64,000 nucleotides of DNA from assembly GCA_017302835.1 (NCBI GenBank), contig JAFLCC010000007.1, forward strand, positions 79,870 through 143,869, given 5' to 3'. This document shows, piece by piece, positions 35,117 through 45,475 of this stretch. Both the position numbers and the translations under genes were made by a program. Within the stretch, counting starts at the first letter, position 1. Every line of letters starts with the position of its first letter. The notes beneath the pieces are model-generated. The model saw only the letters and a program-made list of their open reading frames with translations, ran no database searches and was not told the DNA's origin. This DNA comes from Deltaproteobacteria bacterium (GTDB lineage Bacteria > Bdellovibrionota > Bdellovibrionia > Bdellovibrionales > Bdellovibrionaceae).

Positions 35117-37120
35117 ATGAAATTATTTTTTAATTCAATCGTTCTGTTGTTAAGTCTTTTAAGTTTTAAGTTCTCTTTATCCGAGACTTTGAAAAAAACC
35201 CCTTCCAGCGATATCCCAGAGAAAAGAGAGTTTCCCTTAAATCAAAGTGTCTCTCCTTGTGAAGACTTTCATAAATATGTTTGTTCAGAGGCCGAGTCTT
35301 CTTTTAAATTAAGACCTGATCGCAGCTCACATACCTTTGCCTTTAATGACTCCTACGAACGAATCCTTGAAAAGAAGAAATATTTTTTTAAAAATATTTC
35401 TTCAGAAAAAAAATTAAATCCAAGGGGAAACCAACTGCAAAGTTACTACCTTGCTTGCATGAACAAATCTGCGGCCACGACAGAAGAAAAAAAAGTAGTT
35501 TCACAAGTTATTTCAGAGCTCTCCAAAATTAATACCCTCGATGACTTGCTTAAATATGACCAAGAAAATATTCAACATGGCAGACATTCCATGATCCACT
35601 TTGATAGTTCTGCAAATGCTGACAATCCTGACAAGTACGATATCTATATCGCTAGCAGCTTTATGAATTTGCCCGACCACTCTTATTATGAGAAGCCTGA
35701 ATTGATAACGGCTTACAAAAGTCTCATCACTGATTTCTTTAAAACTCTTTTCCCCAAATTAAGTCCTGATGTCATTCAAAATAGGATTGAAAAGATGTTC
35801 CAGTTTGAAAAAGCTTTTGTCCAAATATACCCCAAAGCCGCGGAACGAAGACAACGCTGGAGTGAAAAAAGACAAAAACCACAAACTGATTTTTTAAAAG
35901 AATTTCCTAATTTGAAAATGGAGAAAATTTTTGGTCTTACCCCTAAAGATCTCAATGTCCGAGTCAACATTCCTGAGGCGCTAACCTTCTTAAACCAAAA
36001 TCTAAACGAAAATCAACTTTCTACATTAAAGGACATTTATCTATATAAAACTTTATCTCCAATCATGGACGATGCTTACCCTCAGTATTTTAAAAAGAAA
36101 TTTGATTTTAATCATATGTACTTAGGTGGAGCTGAAAAACGACCTGAAAGGACTGAGCGTTGCACGATGAATATTATGAATGCTTTTGAAAAGGAAATCG
36201 ACGAGATCTTAATGGAAAGAATATTTCCTCGTTTCCCAAAGGAAAAAGTCGTAGAAGTTTCAGAGAAAATAAGAAATTCAATTCTCCTCGGTATCGAAAA
36301 AAACAAATGGCTTTCAGAGGAGGCGAAAACCACCGCTAAGGCAAAGATAAAGACCTGTCGACTCCAAATTATTGCCCCCACAACGGATCGCGAGTGGAAT
36401 TTTAATCCCATCCAAAACTATTCTCCTACCGAGCCTATTCAAAATTCAAGAAAACTCAATGAAGCCTTATTTAAGAAAACCCTTAAAGAAATTGCTGAAC
36501 CTGTAAATAAGGATGCTTGGGGAATGGGCCCTTTAACCGTGAATGCTTATTTTTCTCCTACGGAAAATAAATTTGTTATGCCCCTAGGAATATTACAATT
36601 TCCTTTCTTTGACAAAGATGGATTAGTCATTGAGAACCTAGGCGCCGTGGGGGCCGTCATGGGACACGAACTGGGCCATGGCATTGATGATGAAGGATCT
36701 AAATTTGATGAAACTGGCCGTTTAAGACAATGGATGCCAATGAAAGATTTGGCTGAATTTCAAAAGCGTGGGGAAAGAATGGTCGAGCAGTTTAATAAAA
36801 TTGGTCATAATGGGAAATTAACGCTTGGAGAAAATGTGGCTGATCTTGTCGGTTTAAGTTTCGCTTATCATGCGGCCTTCCCTGAAGGAAAGGGAACTAA
36901 AGAGGAAAAGCAAAAATTCTTTATCGCCTACTCTCGAACCTGGTGCCATGTGATTAGACCTGGGACGGCAGAAAGACTGCTTAAAACTGATCCTCATTCT
37001 TTAGGTTGGGCTCGTATCAATGAACAAGTGAAACACCAACCAGGTTTTCAAGAAGCCTTTTCTTGCCAGCCTGGCCAACCGATGACTTTATCAGACTCAG
37101 AAAGAATCATTATTTGGTAA
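35117..37120 (+). CDS. pepO: M13-family zinc metallopeptidase (PepO / endothelin-converting-enzyme-like)
   Basis: Has HELGHGID, GENVADLVG and the C-terminal pattern of the M13 family, plus a signal peptide. Confidence 0.9.
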   Translation: MKLFFNSIVLLLSLLSFKFSLSETLKKTPSSDIPEKREFPLNQSVSPCEDFHKYVCSEAESSFKLRPDRSSHTFAFNDSYERILEKKKYFFKNISSEKKLNPRGNQLQSYYLACMNKSAATTEEKKVVSQVISELSKINTLDDLLKYDQENIQHGRHSMIHFDSSANADNPDKYDIYIASSFMNLPDHSYYEKPELITAYKSLITDFFKTLFPKLSPDVIQNRIEKMFQFEKAFVQIYPKAAERRQRWSEKRQKPQTDFLKEFPNLKMEKIFGLTPKDLNVRVNIPEALTFLNQNLNENQLSTLKDIYLYKTLSPIMDDAYPQYFKKKFDFNHMYLGGAEKRPERTERCTMNIMNAFEKEIDEILMERIFPRFPKEKVVEVSEKIRNSILLGIEKNKWLSEEAKTTAKAKIKTCRLQIIAPTTDREWNFNPIQNYSPTEPIQNSRKLNEALFKKTLKEIAEPVNKDAWGMGPLTVNAYFSPTENKFVMPLGILQFPFFDKDGLVIENLGAVGAVMGHELGHGIDDEGSKFDETGRLRQWMPMKDLAEFQKRGERMVEQFNKIGHNGKLTLGENVADLVGLSFAYHAAFPEGKGTKEEKQKFFIAYSRTWCHVIRPGTAERLLKTDPHSLGWARINEQVKHQPGFQEAFSCQPGQPMTLSDSERIIIW

Positions 37121-37146
37121 ATTGCAGTTTAAATTTAAACTGCAAT
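37121..37146. terminator. Perfect 26-nt palindrome between convergent genes (possible bidirectional terminator)
   Basis: ATTGCAGTTTAAATTTAAACTGCAAT, starting immediately after the pepO stop. Confidence 0.45.
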
Positions 37147-37162
37147 TTACCAACAGGTGTAA

Positions 37163-37651
37163 CTACATTTCTGGGAAATAAAATTTATAATTATTTTTAT
37201 AACCAAAATTATCCCAAACTCCATTTCCATTAACTATGGCAACTTCTAAACTGAGTGCATTTAAAACTGCCATGTAGGGTCGCTGAGCGTATACTAAAAT
37301 ATCTCTCATCTGCTGAGTGCCATATTGAAGACAATTATACCCCGATGCCACCAAACAACCGCTTGTTAGCCTTACAAAAGCATCCGTACCCGAGCTGTTA
37401 CTCATTAAGAATTTTCCATAGGGACGGCTATTATTATAATTGGCTTGGACGAAAGCATAAAGTTGAGATGAGTTTTTCAGATTCCCAGAATAATAAATAT
37501 CCAAAACTGCATTCATACTCGTTTGTAGGGAACGACAGACTTTTACAGGACCACTAATCTGACAGCTACCCTTCATAGAGTAATCTGGAGGATAACTTGT
37601 GGCAAATGCAGCAACTCCCATCAATACTAAAATCAGACCCTTGATAAACAT
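37163..37651 (-). CDS. Hypothetical secreted protein
   Basis: Has a signal peptide and several Cys. No recognisable domain. Confidence 0.5.
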   Translation of the reverse strand: MFIKGLILVLMGVAAFATSYPPDYSMKGSCQISGPVKVCRSLQTSMNAVLDIYYSGNLKNSSQLYAFVQANYNNSRPYGKFLMSNSSGTDAFVRLTSGCLVASGYNCLQYGTQQMRDILVYAQRPYMAVLNALSLEVAIVNGNGVWDNFGYKNNYKFYFPEM

Positions 37652-37852
37652 AAATTTTCCTTTCGTAAGCTTATTTCATAAGCTTACTTCGTGAGTTCAT
37701 TACTTCTTTTAACTTTCGAAATAACTCATCACCTAATAAGAACCTAAACTCAAGGATCTTTTGGGTTTGTGAAAAAAATTACAAATTATTTTTTAAAATA
37801 TTAACCTTGAATATATTACTTATATTTAATAAACTGTTAAGTTTTCTTGATT

Positions 37853-38974
37853 CTATTTGCGGCCTAATTTTATGGATTCAACTTTACCCCAACCAGGACT
37901 GGTGATGGTTCCCGTGCGTTGCCAGATACCTCCCAAAGTCAACGCAATGAAGGCAAAGCCAATACTCAACCATTGCCCTCGAGTGAGATCAAATAACTGA
38001 TACCCAATATGAGCATCAGGCAAACGATAAAACTCATCAAACATTCGCCCCAGGGAATAAAGTATTCCAAATAAAGCTCCTACTGTTCCTAACTTTCTAG
38101 GTTTTCGCCAAAACAAAAACAAAAGAACAAACACCAGAAGACCTTCAATCAAAGCGGCATAAAGTTGCGAAGGGTGCCGCGGGATCAGTAAAGGCTCTAT
38201 TTTTGAGGCTAACTCTTTATCTCCTACTTGAATTTGCTGAATCACTTTATGAATAAAATCAGTAATTGATTCTTTAGCTTTCAGATCATATTTCATTTGA
38301 TCTACCCATAAAAGCCATTGGTCTTTGCTTCCGCCCAGCTTGGCGTAGGCCTCTCCAAGCCCCTGAAATCTTGCCGTATCACTCATGGACCAACTTAACA
38401 TATCCGTCGGAAACTTAACCGCCCAGGCAACGGCGGATTGAATGGGCCTTCCGATAAGCTCCCCATTAATAAAATTTGCAATTCTTCCAAAGAAAAATCC
38501 AATGGGACCGCACAAACAAACCAAATCTAAGAGATACAAAGTACTGATGCCTTTTTTGGCTGCAAAAACTAAACAAGCGACAACAATTCCAATCATTCCC
38601 CCATGGGAAGCCATACCCCCTTCATTCACAGCAAGCACTCCCCAAAAGGGCAATTCCGATTTAAATTTAATAAATAAATCTGGGGAATAAAACAAACAAT
38701 AACCCAAACGGCCACCCACCATGGTACCAATAGCACAATAAGTAATAAAATCACTTACCATTTCTGGAGCCAATCCTAATTTTTGTTTTTCACAAATCCA
38801 TTTGATTAAAAAGTAAGAACAAATAAAACCAATCATATAGCTCAAGCCATACCATCTGATTCCTATATTTCCGGTAAAATGAAGAGCAAAAGGACTGATA
38901 TCATGAACGTAATATTTTAAACTTTCCACTGAATAATTTCTCCTATTAAGAACTCGTATCCTGACTCGTTTCAT
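37853..38974 (-). CDS. lgt: Prolipoprotein diacylglyceryl transferase (long form)
   Basis: Has IRWYGLSYMIGF, GGRLGYCLFY, FGRIANFINGELIGRP and RHPSQLYAAL motifs. The head-domain insert is enlarged compared with E. coli Lgt. Confidence 0.85.
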   Translation of the reverse strand: MKRVRIRVLNRRNYSVESLKYYVHDISPFALHFTGNIGIRWYGLSYMIGFICSYFLIKWICEKQKLGLAPEMVSDFITYCAIGTMVGGRLGYCLFYSPDLFIKFKSELPFWGVLAVNEGGMASHGGMIGIVVACLVFAAKKGISTLYLLDLVCLCGPIGFFFGRIANFINGELIGRPIQSAVAWAVKFPTDMLSWSMSDTARFQGLGEAYAKLGGSKDQWLLWVDQMKYDLKAKESITDFIHKVIQQIQVGDKELASKIEPLLIPRHPSQLYAALIEGLLVFVLLFLFWRKPRKLGTVGALFGILYSLGRMFDEFYRLPDAHIGYQLFDLTRGQWLSIGFAFIALTLGGIWQRTGTITSPGWGKVESIKLGRK

Positions 38975-39026
38975 TATGGTTCATCTTGTTGGATTTTAGC
39001 AATATGAGTTTGTAGGATGGCTTTAC

Positions 39027-39054
39027 AACTGATGCACTTAGGCATCAGTTTTTT
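39027..39054 (+). terminator. Orphan terminator-like hairpin with a T-tract in the lgt / 39102 divergent spacer
   Basis: 9-bp stem AACTGATGC/GCATCAGTT with a 6-nt loop, followed by a T run. No plus-strand gene lies upstream. Confidence 0.4.
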
Positions 39055-39101
39055 ATTAATTTTTTTAATTTTAAACGAGCCGAATCTGGTACAATAAAGC
39101 C

Positions 39102-39866
39102 ATGTATCAAAAACTTCATTTTCAAATCCTAAGATTTTTTGCTTCTTTCTTATTGGTTTCTCTCATCTGTTTTTCGCCTCCTATTTTTGCTTTTGACAAT
39201 GCAAAGCTTTTTGATAGAGCCGATAAACGCGAGGGCTCCCGATGGACTTTATCTGAATGGCTCGCACAAAAAGAACGAAATAAGTTAATGGACCTCTGGT
39301 TGGCCATGAACACTCCTTCCCCCTATGAATTCATGTTGGGCTTTTCCTATAACAATTACCAATCTACAGAGAATCAAACCACCCTGGAATACCTTACCAC
39401 AGGAGCTGTTATTCAAGCCTATGCTCAAATTTTTGGATTGAGTTTAGAATATGAAAACAGAGGGGGTGAGCAGGAAAATGATTTAACAGGAAGTTTTAAT
39501 TTACGTCTTTTAGGGAACTCGATTCAAAGCACTCACTTGTCAGTCCACTTTGGACAACGCACTAGAACTGTTTCTGATATCACCCCCAGAACCCTTCTCC
39601 GAAATCAATTTGGCCAAATGAGTTTACAAATTTATTTGAATCCCTTTTTTGGAATCAATGGCCTTTATCGAAACTACCTTCCGACCCATGATGCCACTTT
39701 TGGCGATGTCACCGGGCAATATACTACTGGTGGTTTATTTATCGATTTTAAGGCCATCCGCATTTTAGGGGAGTGGTATGAAGACATTCAAAAAAATAAT
39801 GGTAGCAGTGTCTCTCCTGAAATCAAACGAAACGGAATCAAAACGGGACTGCAGTTCTTTTTCTAA
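39102..39866 (+). CDS. Hypothetical outer-membrane beta-barrel-like protein
   Basis: Has a signal peptide, an alternating-strand pattern and a C-terminal ...TGLQFFF. Confidence 0.5.
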   Translation: MYQKLHFQILRFFASFLLVSLICFSPPIFAFDNAKLFDRADKREGSRWTLSEWLAQKERNKLMDLWLAMNTPSPYEFMLGFSYNNYQSTENQTTLEYLTTGAVIQAYAQIFGLSLEYENRGGEQENDLTGSFNLRLLGNSIQSTHLSVHFGQRTRTVSDITPRTLLRNQFGQMSLQIYLNPFFGINGLYRNYLPTHDATFGDVTGQYTTGGLFIDFKAIRILGEWYEDIQKNNGSSVSPEIKRNGIKTGLQFFF

Positions 39867-39930
39867 ATTGGTGTTTCTGTAGAAGTGGTTAGGCAGAAGG
39901 CAAAACAGAAAAGTTATTCTTGCACAGCCC

Positions 39931-41634
39931 TTAAATCCACAAACTTTTGACATTTCTTTCTATAGCGATTTTTTTGGCCTCTGGATAACCTGCATCTACA
40001 TGGCGGAATATTCCCATAGCAGGATCAAAGGTCAGAACGCGTTCCAATCTCTTAGCCGCCGCTTCTGTTCCATCCGCAACAATAACTTGCCCCGCATGTT
40101 GACTGTATCCCATCCCCACACCTCCACCATGATGAAGACTGACCCAAGAGGCTCCACAGGCCACATTTCCCATCGCATTGAGCAATGGCCAATCAGAAAC
40201 CGCGTCACTTCCATCCAGCATCGCTTCCGTCTCACGATGGGGGGAAGCGACACTGCCACAGTCTAAATGATCACGACCAATCACTAGAGGAGCCGATACT
40301 TTTTTCTCTTTAACTAATTGATTAAATAGCATTCCGGCTTTGGCTCTTTCTCCATATTCCAACCAACAAATTCGGGCAGGAAGACCTTGAAAAGCAATTC
40401 TTTTTTCTGCCATTTCAAGCCAGCGATGCAAGTGTGGTTTTTCAGGAAATAATTTTTTTAATGCCTCGTCGGTGACTTTAATATCGTGAGGATCCCCGGA
40501 TAAAGCCACCCAGCGAAAAGGGCCGCTCCCTCTGCAAAAGAGGGGACGAATAAATGCGGGAACAAAACCAGGAAAATCGAAGGCATTTTTAACACTGGCT
40601 TCTAAAGCTCTGGCTCGTAGGTTATTGCCATAATCAAAAGTGATAGCCCCACGTTTTTTCATTTCTAACATTCCAAGCACATGTTTGGCCATACTTTGAT
40701 AGGCCCTTTCTAGATATTGTTTCTGATTAGATAACCTGAGCTCTTGAGCCTCTACCAAGTTTAAGCCCTCGGGAATATAGCCTACTAAGGGATCATGGGC
40801 GGAGGTCTGATCAGTCAATAAATCAGGAGTAAAATTTTTTTCAATCAGTTGATGAATCACCGTCGCCATGTTCCCGCAGAGGGCAATGGATTTGGCTTCT
40901 TTGGTTTGCTGATATTTTCGAACTCTTTGTAGAGCTTCATCTAAGTTCGAAGCCACCTCATCGACATATTTTGTTTCCAATCTTTTTTGGATTCGCGAGG
41001 GATCTACCTCAATCGCAAGGACAATGGCTCCAGCAAAAACTCCCGCCAAGGGCTGAGCTCCCCCCATCCCACCCAAACCAGCGGTGAGAATCACTCTGCC
41101 TTTAAGATCCCCATTGAAGTGTTGTCGTCCAGCCTCCACAAAGGTTTCATAGGTTCCTTGAACAATTCCCTGGGTCCCGATATAAATCCAACTTCCTGCC
41201 GTCATTTGACCATACATCATTAAGCCTTTTTTATCGAGCTCATGAAAATGTTCCCAAGTCGCCCACTTAGGAACCAAGTTAGAATTGGCTATCAGCACCC
41301 TAGGTGCTTCTTCGTGGGTTTTGACAACTCCAATAGGTTTGCCTGATTGCACCAAAAGAGTTTCATCATTTTCCAAATTTTTTAAAGCCATCAGAATTTT
41401 ATCAAAGGACTCCCAATTGCGAGCGGCTTTGCCAATCCCTCCATAAACAATTAAATCCTCCGGTCGTTCAGCAACCCCAGGGTCTAAATTATTCTGAATC
41501 ATTCGATAGGCAGCTTCTTGAATCCAGCCTTTACAACTCAGCTGAGTCCCCGTTGGCGATTTGACAACCCTTTGATTTTGATTTTCATTCTTATTCGATT
41601 TCATGACTCCCCCTCTTGTCTCATATCTCTGCAT
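39931..41634 (-). CDS. hutU: Urocanate hydratase
   Basis: Full-length HutU similarity ([24 protein letters not shown]). Confidence 0.95.
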   Translation of the reverse strand: MQRYETRGGVMKSNKNENQNQRVVKSPTGTQLSCKGWIQEAAYRMIQNNLDPGVAERPEDLIVYGGIGKAARNWESFDKILMALKNLENDETLLVQSGKPIGVVKTHEEAPRVLIANSNLVPKWATWEHFHELDKKGLMMYGQMTAGSWIYIGTQGIVQGTYETFVEAGRQHFNGDLKGRVILTAGLGGMGGAQPLAGVFAGAIVLAIEVDPSRIQKRLETKYVDEVASNLDEALQRVRKYQQTKEAKSIALCGNMATVIHQLIEKNFTPDLLTDQTSAHDPLVGYIPEGLNLVEAQELRLSNQKQYLERAYQSMAKHVLGMLEMKKRGAITFDYGNNLRARALEASVKNAFDFPGFVPAFIRPLFCRGSGPFRWVALSGDPHDIKVTDEALKKLFPEKPHLHRWLEMAEKRIAFQGLPARICWLEYGERAKAGMLFNQLVKEKKVSAPLVIGRDHLDCGSVASPHRETEAMLDGSDAVSDWPLLNAMGNVACGASWVSLHHGGGVGMGYSQHAGQVIVADGTEAAAKRLERVLTFDPAMGIFRHVDAGYPEAKKIAIERNVKSLWI

Positions 41635-41812
41635 TCACTCTCACAAGACTAATATCTCTATAGACTTTTTGAAAAAAATCATCAATTAGGTTTTAATAAC
41701 AATTTATTGCGTAAGCAAGTGGTGACACACACCTTTGCTACGAGATGAATGAAGCCTGATATTAAAGTAGGGTTTTAGCTCACTTGCTAATACTAAAATA
41801 CGCGAATAAAAT

Positions 41813-42712
41813 TTACATTAGTTCTTTTAATTTCTTTCGAAACCATTGGTGAAGGGGGCTTTCATGTGTCTGGGCCTGCCATACCATTCGAAAGGTAAAT
41901 GAGCCCAGATCAACAGGGCAATCAAACTGCTGAATTGGAAAGTATTCACTGTATTTTGCTAATAACTTCTTGGGCGCAGTCAATACTAGGTCGGTCTGTT
42001 GAAGTAACCAAGGCAAAGCCGTAAAACTATAGGTGCCATAAATGATGTTTCTGGGCTTCTTAAGCTTTGAAGAAAGTCGATCTTTGAAATCTCCTTGCAA
42101 AGTAATTAGAGCATGCTCTGACTTTAGATAATTTTCCATTGTGAGGTTTTTTTGAATGAGAGAATGTTTTTTTCTAACTGCGACTCCAAAAGAATCCTCG
42201 AACAATTTAGTTTGGTAAAACCCCTCAGGCACATCAGAATAGAACCCAGCGATAGCTAGGTCTACACTTCCCTCTTCTAGCTTTTTCTTTGGAAGTTCCC
42301 CCGCTGTTGGTCGAATTGAAATTTGCAATCCAGGGGCTTCCTTTGCGAGTATTGGCTGAAGACGAGACATCACCGTGACCTCAAAGTAATCGGTCGTAGC
42401 CAGTACGATTCGCGCTTTCACGGAGGCAGGATCAAACTTTTTTTTATGTGTGACCAATTGGTAACCTCGATTAAGCCATTCTAATAATTCTTTTTCCAAA
42501 CTTTTGGCAAACTCCGTCGGAACAATACCCCTGGACGTACGCACAAACAGCGGGTCTTTAAAAAAAACTCGAATCCTCGCTAGAGCATGGCTAACCGCGG
42601 ATTGCGTCATTCCAAGCTCAACAGCGGCCTTAGAAACATTCTTATGTGCAAAAAGAGCAGCTGCTATTACCAATAAATTTAAGTCCATAGACCTGATATG
42701 TCCAATTTTCAT
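41813..42712 (-). CDS. LysR-family transcriptional regulator
   Basis: The HTH is LFAHKNVSKAAVELGMTQSAVSHALARIR. I place the start at Met44 of the 342-aa ORF (ATG 42712), which gives a typical length of about 299 aa. Confidence 0.8.
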   Translation of the reverse strand: MKIGHIRSMDLNLLVIAAALFAHKNVSKAAVELGMTQSAVSHALARIRVFFKDPLFVRTSRGIVPTEFAKSLEKELLEWLNRGYQLVTHKKKFDPASVKARIVLATTDYFEVTVMSRLQPILAKEAPGLQISIRPTAGELPKKKLEEGSVDLAIAGFYSDVPEGFYQTKLFEDSFGVAVRKKHSLIQKNLTMENYLKSEHALITLQGDFKDRLSSKLKKPRNIIYGTYSFTALPWLLQQTDLVLTAPKKLLAKYSEYFPIQQFDCPVDLGSFTFRMVWQAQTHESPLHQWFRKKLKELM

Positions 42713-42953
42713 AGCATATATGTTAGCTATGAATTTCACTAATTTCAAGAAGTTAGTTATATCAGCTTTAAGAAACAACATTCCTTTTAAAGGAATCAAC
42801 CAAGGAGAAAGAATATGAAAACTTACCTCATATTCATTCATTTTTCAGAGAAATAGGTGCCCTTTTGGTTCCCGACTAACTAGAAATAAAACAGTATAAA
42901 AAATTTGAATTAGATAAATAAGGATAACAAAAAATAAGAAAAAGGAGTCAACA

Positions 42954-43901
42954 GTGAAAGCGATAACTATCGAAAAATTTGGTGGTTCAGAAGTTCTTAA
43001 AATGAGCCGTATTCCAACGCCCGTGGCACTCGACAATGAAGTCAGAATAAAAATATCATTTGCCTCCATAAATCCTGTAGATTGGAAAATCCGCAAAGGT
43101 TATTTAGCAGAGATGTTTCCACACAAGTTTCCCTTGATTCCAGGTTGGGATCTTGCGGGAATTATCGATTCAATTGGAAAAAACGTTAAATCATTCAAAA
43201 CTGGTGACAAAGTTTACGCTTATGCCCGCAAACCCGAAGTTCAGTGGGGAACCTATGCTGAATACATTACATTAGATGAGACAATGGTGAGTTTAATTCC
43301 AAAATCATTAACTGAAGAACAATCTGCTACCATTCCATTAGTTGGATTAACTGCCTGGCAAGCTCTTTATGACTTTGCTCAGATAAAAGAAGGGTTAAAT
43401 GTATTAGTATTGGGAGGTTCCGGAGGCGTCGGTAGTTTTGCAATTCAATTTGCAAAAGCTGCAGGAGCCATGGTTTTGACCACTACAAGTCAAAAAAACA
43501 AAGTGTATACAAGTAAACTAGGCACTGATCTGGTTCTTGATTACGAAAAAGACAATATGGATGAAATTATTAAAGACCGATTTCCCGAAGGGCTTGATAT
43601 TGTCTTTGATACCGTAGGGGGTGAGAGTCTTAACGCCAGTTACCAGTGGGTCAAAAAAGGAGGAACCCTAGTAAGTATCGTGGATTCACCTGACAAACTT
43701 CGAAGTACAAGCCTAGGTATCAAATCTGGTTTTGTTTTCGTAAGCCCAAGTGCCGACCAACTTCAAAAAATTGCAACTCTCGTTGATCAGAAAAAAGTTG
43801 TAATACCAGAGTATCAGGTCTTTCCTTTGGCTGAAGTCGTTAAAGCTCATGATCTAAGCGAATCAAGACGAGTTAGGGGGAAAATTCTTCTAAAGATTTA
43901 A
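42954..43901 (+). CDS. NADPH:quinone oxidoreductase / zinc-type alcohol dehydrogenase-like (MDR family)
   Basis: Has the GGSGGVGSFAIQFAK Rossmann motif. The GTG start follows an AAAGGAG SD. It is divergent from the LysR gene. Confidence 0.85.
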   Translation: MKAITIEKFGGSEVLKMSRIPTPVALDNEVRIKISFASINPVDWKIRKGYLAEMFPHKFPLIPGWDLAGIIDSIGKNVKSFKTGDKVYAYARKPEVQWGTYAEYITLDETMVSLIPKSLTEEQSATIPLVGLTAWQALYDFAQIKEGLNVLVLGGSGGVGSFAIQFAKAAGAMVLTTTSQKNKVYTSKLGTDLVLDYEKDNMDEIIKDRFPEGLDIVFDTVGGESLNASYQWVKKGGTLVSIVDSPDKLRSTSLGIKSGFVFVSPSADQLQKIATLVDQKKVVIPEYQVFPLAEVVKAHDLSESRRVRGKILLKI

Positions 43902-43984
43902 TAGAACCTATGTAGTTGCTCCATCGAAGTGGCAGATGCAGATTTTATTTTTAGATCAGCGTCTAGGGCTCTAAATGGCTATCT

Positions 43985-43998
43985 TGTGTTAATAATTT
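43985..43998. repeat. 14-bp direct repeat (TGTGTTAATAATTT), left copy
   Basis: An exact copy also lies at 45375-45388. The two copies bracket the ATPase gene 44022..45185. Confidence 0.5.
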
Positions 43999-44021
43999 AC
44001 ACTGCGATTAAAAATATAAAG

Positions 44022-45185
44022 TTAGCTAGTAAAGAGTTCTTTTAAAGCTAACTGCCAATGAATGGCGCGGGTTTTGCCAAATTTTTGTTCTAATTTATCA
44101 CGGGACAAAAGCAAGCGTTCTGCTTTTGGATCAATATCAGGTCCTAATTTCTCAAGTGAGTTTGCATCTTCAGAGCAAACTTGGTCTTTAGATTTAATCT
44201 CTATTAAAAGTTTTTTATCACCGGGACGAATTACAATTAGATCAATTTCAACATCGTCCTTTGTGCGTAAATATGAAAACTCCCAATCTAACCTCTTGTA
44301 TGAAGAATTCTTTAGAAATTCTAAGATGACCCATCCTTCAAAAGCATCACCCCAATCCCTTGTCTGAGGAAGTAGCTCTACTGTTAAAGTTTTATCTAAA
44401 GCTCTCTTAAGTCCATTATCTATAAAATAAAACTTAGGCATAACTTTCTGAGCTTTCCGCACAGAATTATGGTAAGAAGGTAAATGCCAACCAATCAAAG
44501 TATCCTCAAGTATTTCAAAATAATTTGCCACTGTTACATCATCAATTCCGACTTCTCTGGCAATTCTTGATTTATTGATGATCTTGCCATTCATTTGTGC
44601 GGCAATTGCTAAAAACTTTCTAAAGGGTTGAATATTTCTTACCCATTGTTCTTGCTGAATTTCCTTTTGTAGGTAGGTGCCCACATAGGCAGTTAGAAAT
44701 TCCTTTGCTGCTTCAAAACTGTTCGATAAATAGGCTTCAGGTAAGCCTCCCCATTCAAGTGCTTTTTTTAAATCAAAGTCAGAGCCGATCTCTAAAGTAG
44801 ATAGAGGAAATAGATTATATACCCAAGCCCTGCCAGCTAATAAATTTGTGCCCTGTTGTTTTAAGCGACGACTCGATGATCCTGTAAGAATAAACTGACG
44901 TTTACGTTTTTGAATTTGAGAATGGACGACATCCAACAATTTGGGAAATTTTTGAACTTCATCAACTATGACCCTTTTCCTAAGATTTTCAGGAGCATCA
45001 ATTAGTGCTTCAAATCTTTTGGGATTTAGCATGAGCTGATCCAAAAACTCAATATCTAAGAGATCAACAAAAAGACTGTCCTCTTTAGAAAAACAAGCTT
45101 CTAGAAGGGTTGTTTTTCCTGAACCTCTTGCCCCAAATAGAAAAAAACTGTTTGTTTTTGATAAGTTAACAATTCTCTTAATCAT
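44022..45185 (-). CDS. AAA+ ATPase with a C-terminal DUF4143 / PD-(D/E)xK-like module (second, divergent copy)
   Basis: Walker A is GARGSGKTT and Walker B is RVIVDEVQ. The C-terminus reads VEIDLIV...LLIEIKS. Confidence 0.8.
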   Translation of the reverse strand: MIKRIVNLSKTNSFFLFGARGSGKTTLLEACFSKEDSLFVDLLDIEFLDQLMLNPKRFEALIDAPENLRKRVIVDEVQKFPKLLDVVHSQIQKRKRQFILTGSSSRRLKQQGTNLLAGRAWVYNLFPLSTLEIGSDFDLKKALEWGGLPEAYLSNSFEAAKEFLTAYVGTYLQKEIQQEQWVRNIQPFRKFLAIAAQMNGKIINKSRIAREVGIDDVTVANYFEILEDTLIGWHLPSYHNSVRKAQKVMPKFYFIDNGLKRALDKTLTVELLPQTRDWGDAFEGWVILEFLKNSSYKRLDWEFSYLRTKDDVEIDLIVIRPGDKKLLIEIKSKDQVCSEDANSLEKLGPDIDPKAERLLLSRDKLEQKFGKTRAIHWQLALKELFTS

Positions 45186-45374
45186 AATCAGAATTTTAAC
45201 GCCAAATTCGAATTTATGTCAACAGGCTACTAGCACATTTGTAATAAAGAAGTTATTTCTTAAAATAAAAACCTCTGAAGTAGTATTATTAAAGACTTTT
45301 GCCGTGAATAAGGAGCATTGAACGTTAACGATCAGCAGATCGGACTATCCACCAAAAAAATCTCAATTTTGAAA

Positions 45375-45388
45375 TGTGTTAATAATTT
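45375..45388. repeat. 14-bp direct repeat (TGTGTTAATAATTT), right copy
   Basis: Exact match to 43985-43998. Confidence 0.5.
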
Positions 45389-45475
45389 CGTCAAAATATG
45401 AGACAAATGTAATTTTCATCTAAAGCTCTGGCAAGCTTACAGAAAAGTGCTATCAAATTTAGTTCCCCAAATAAG

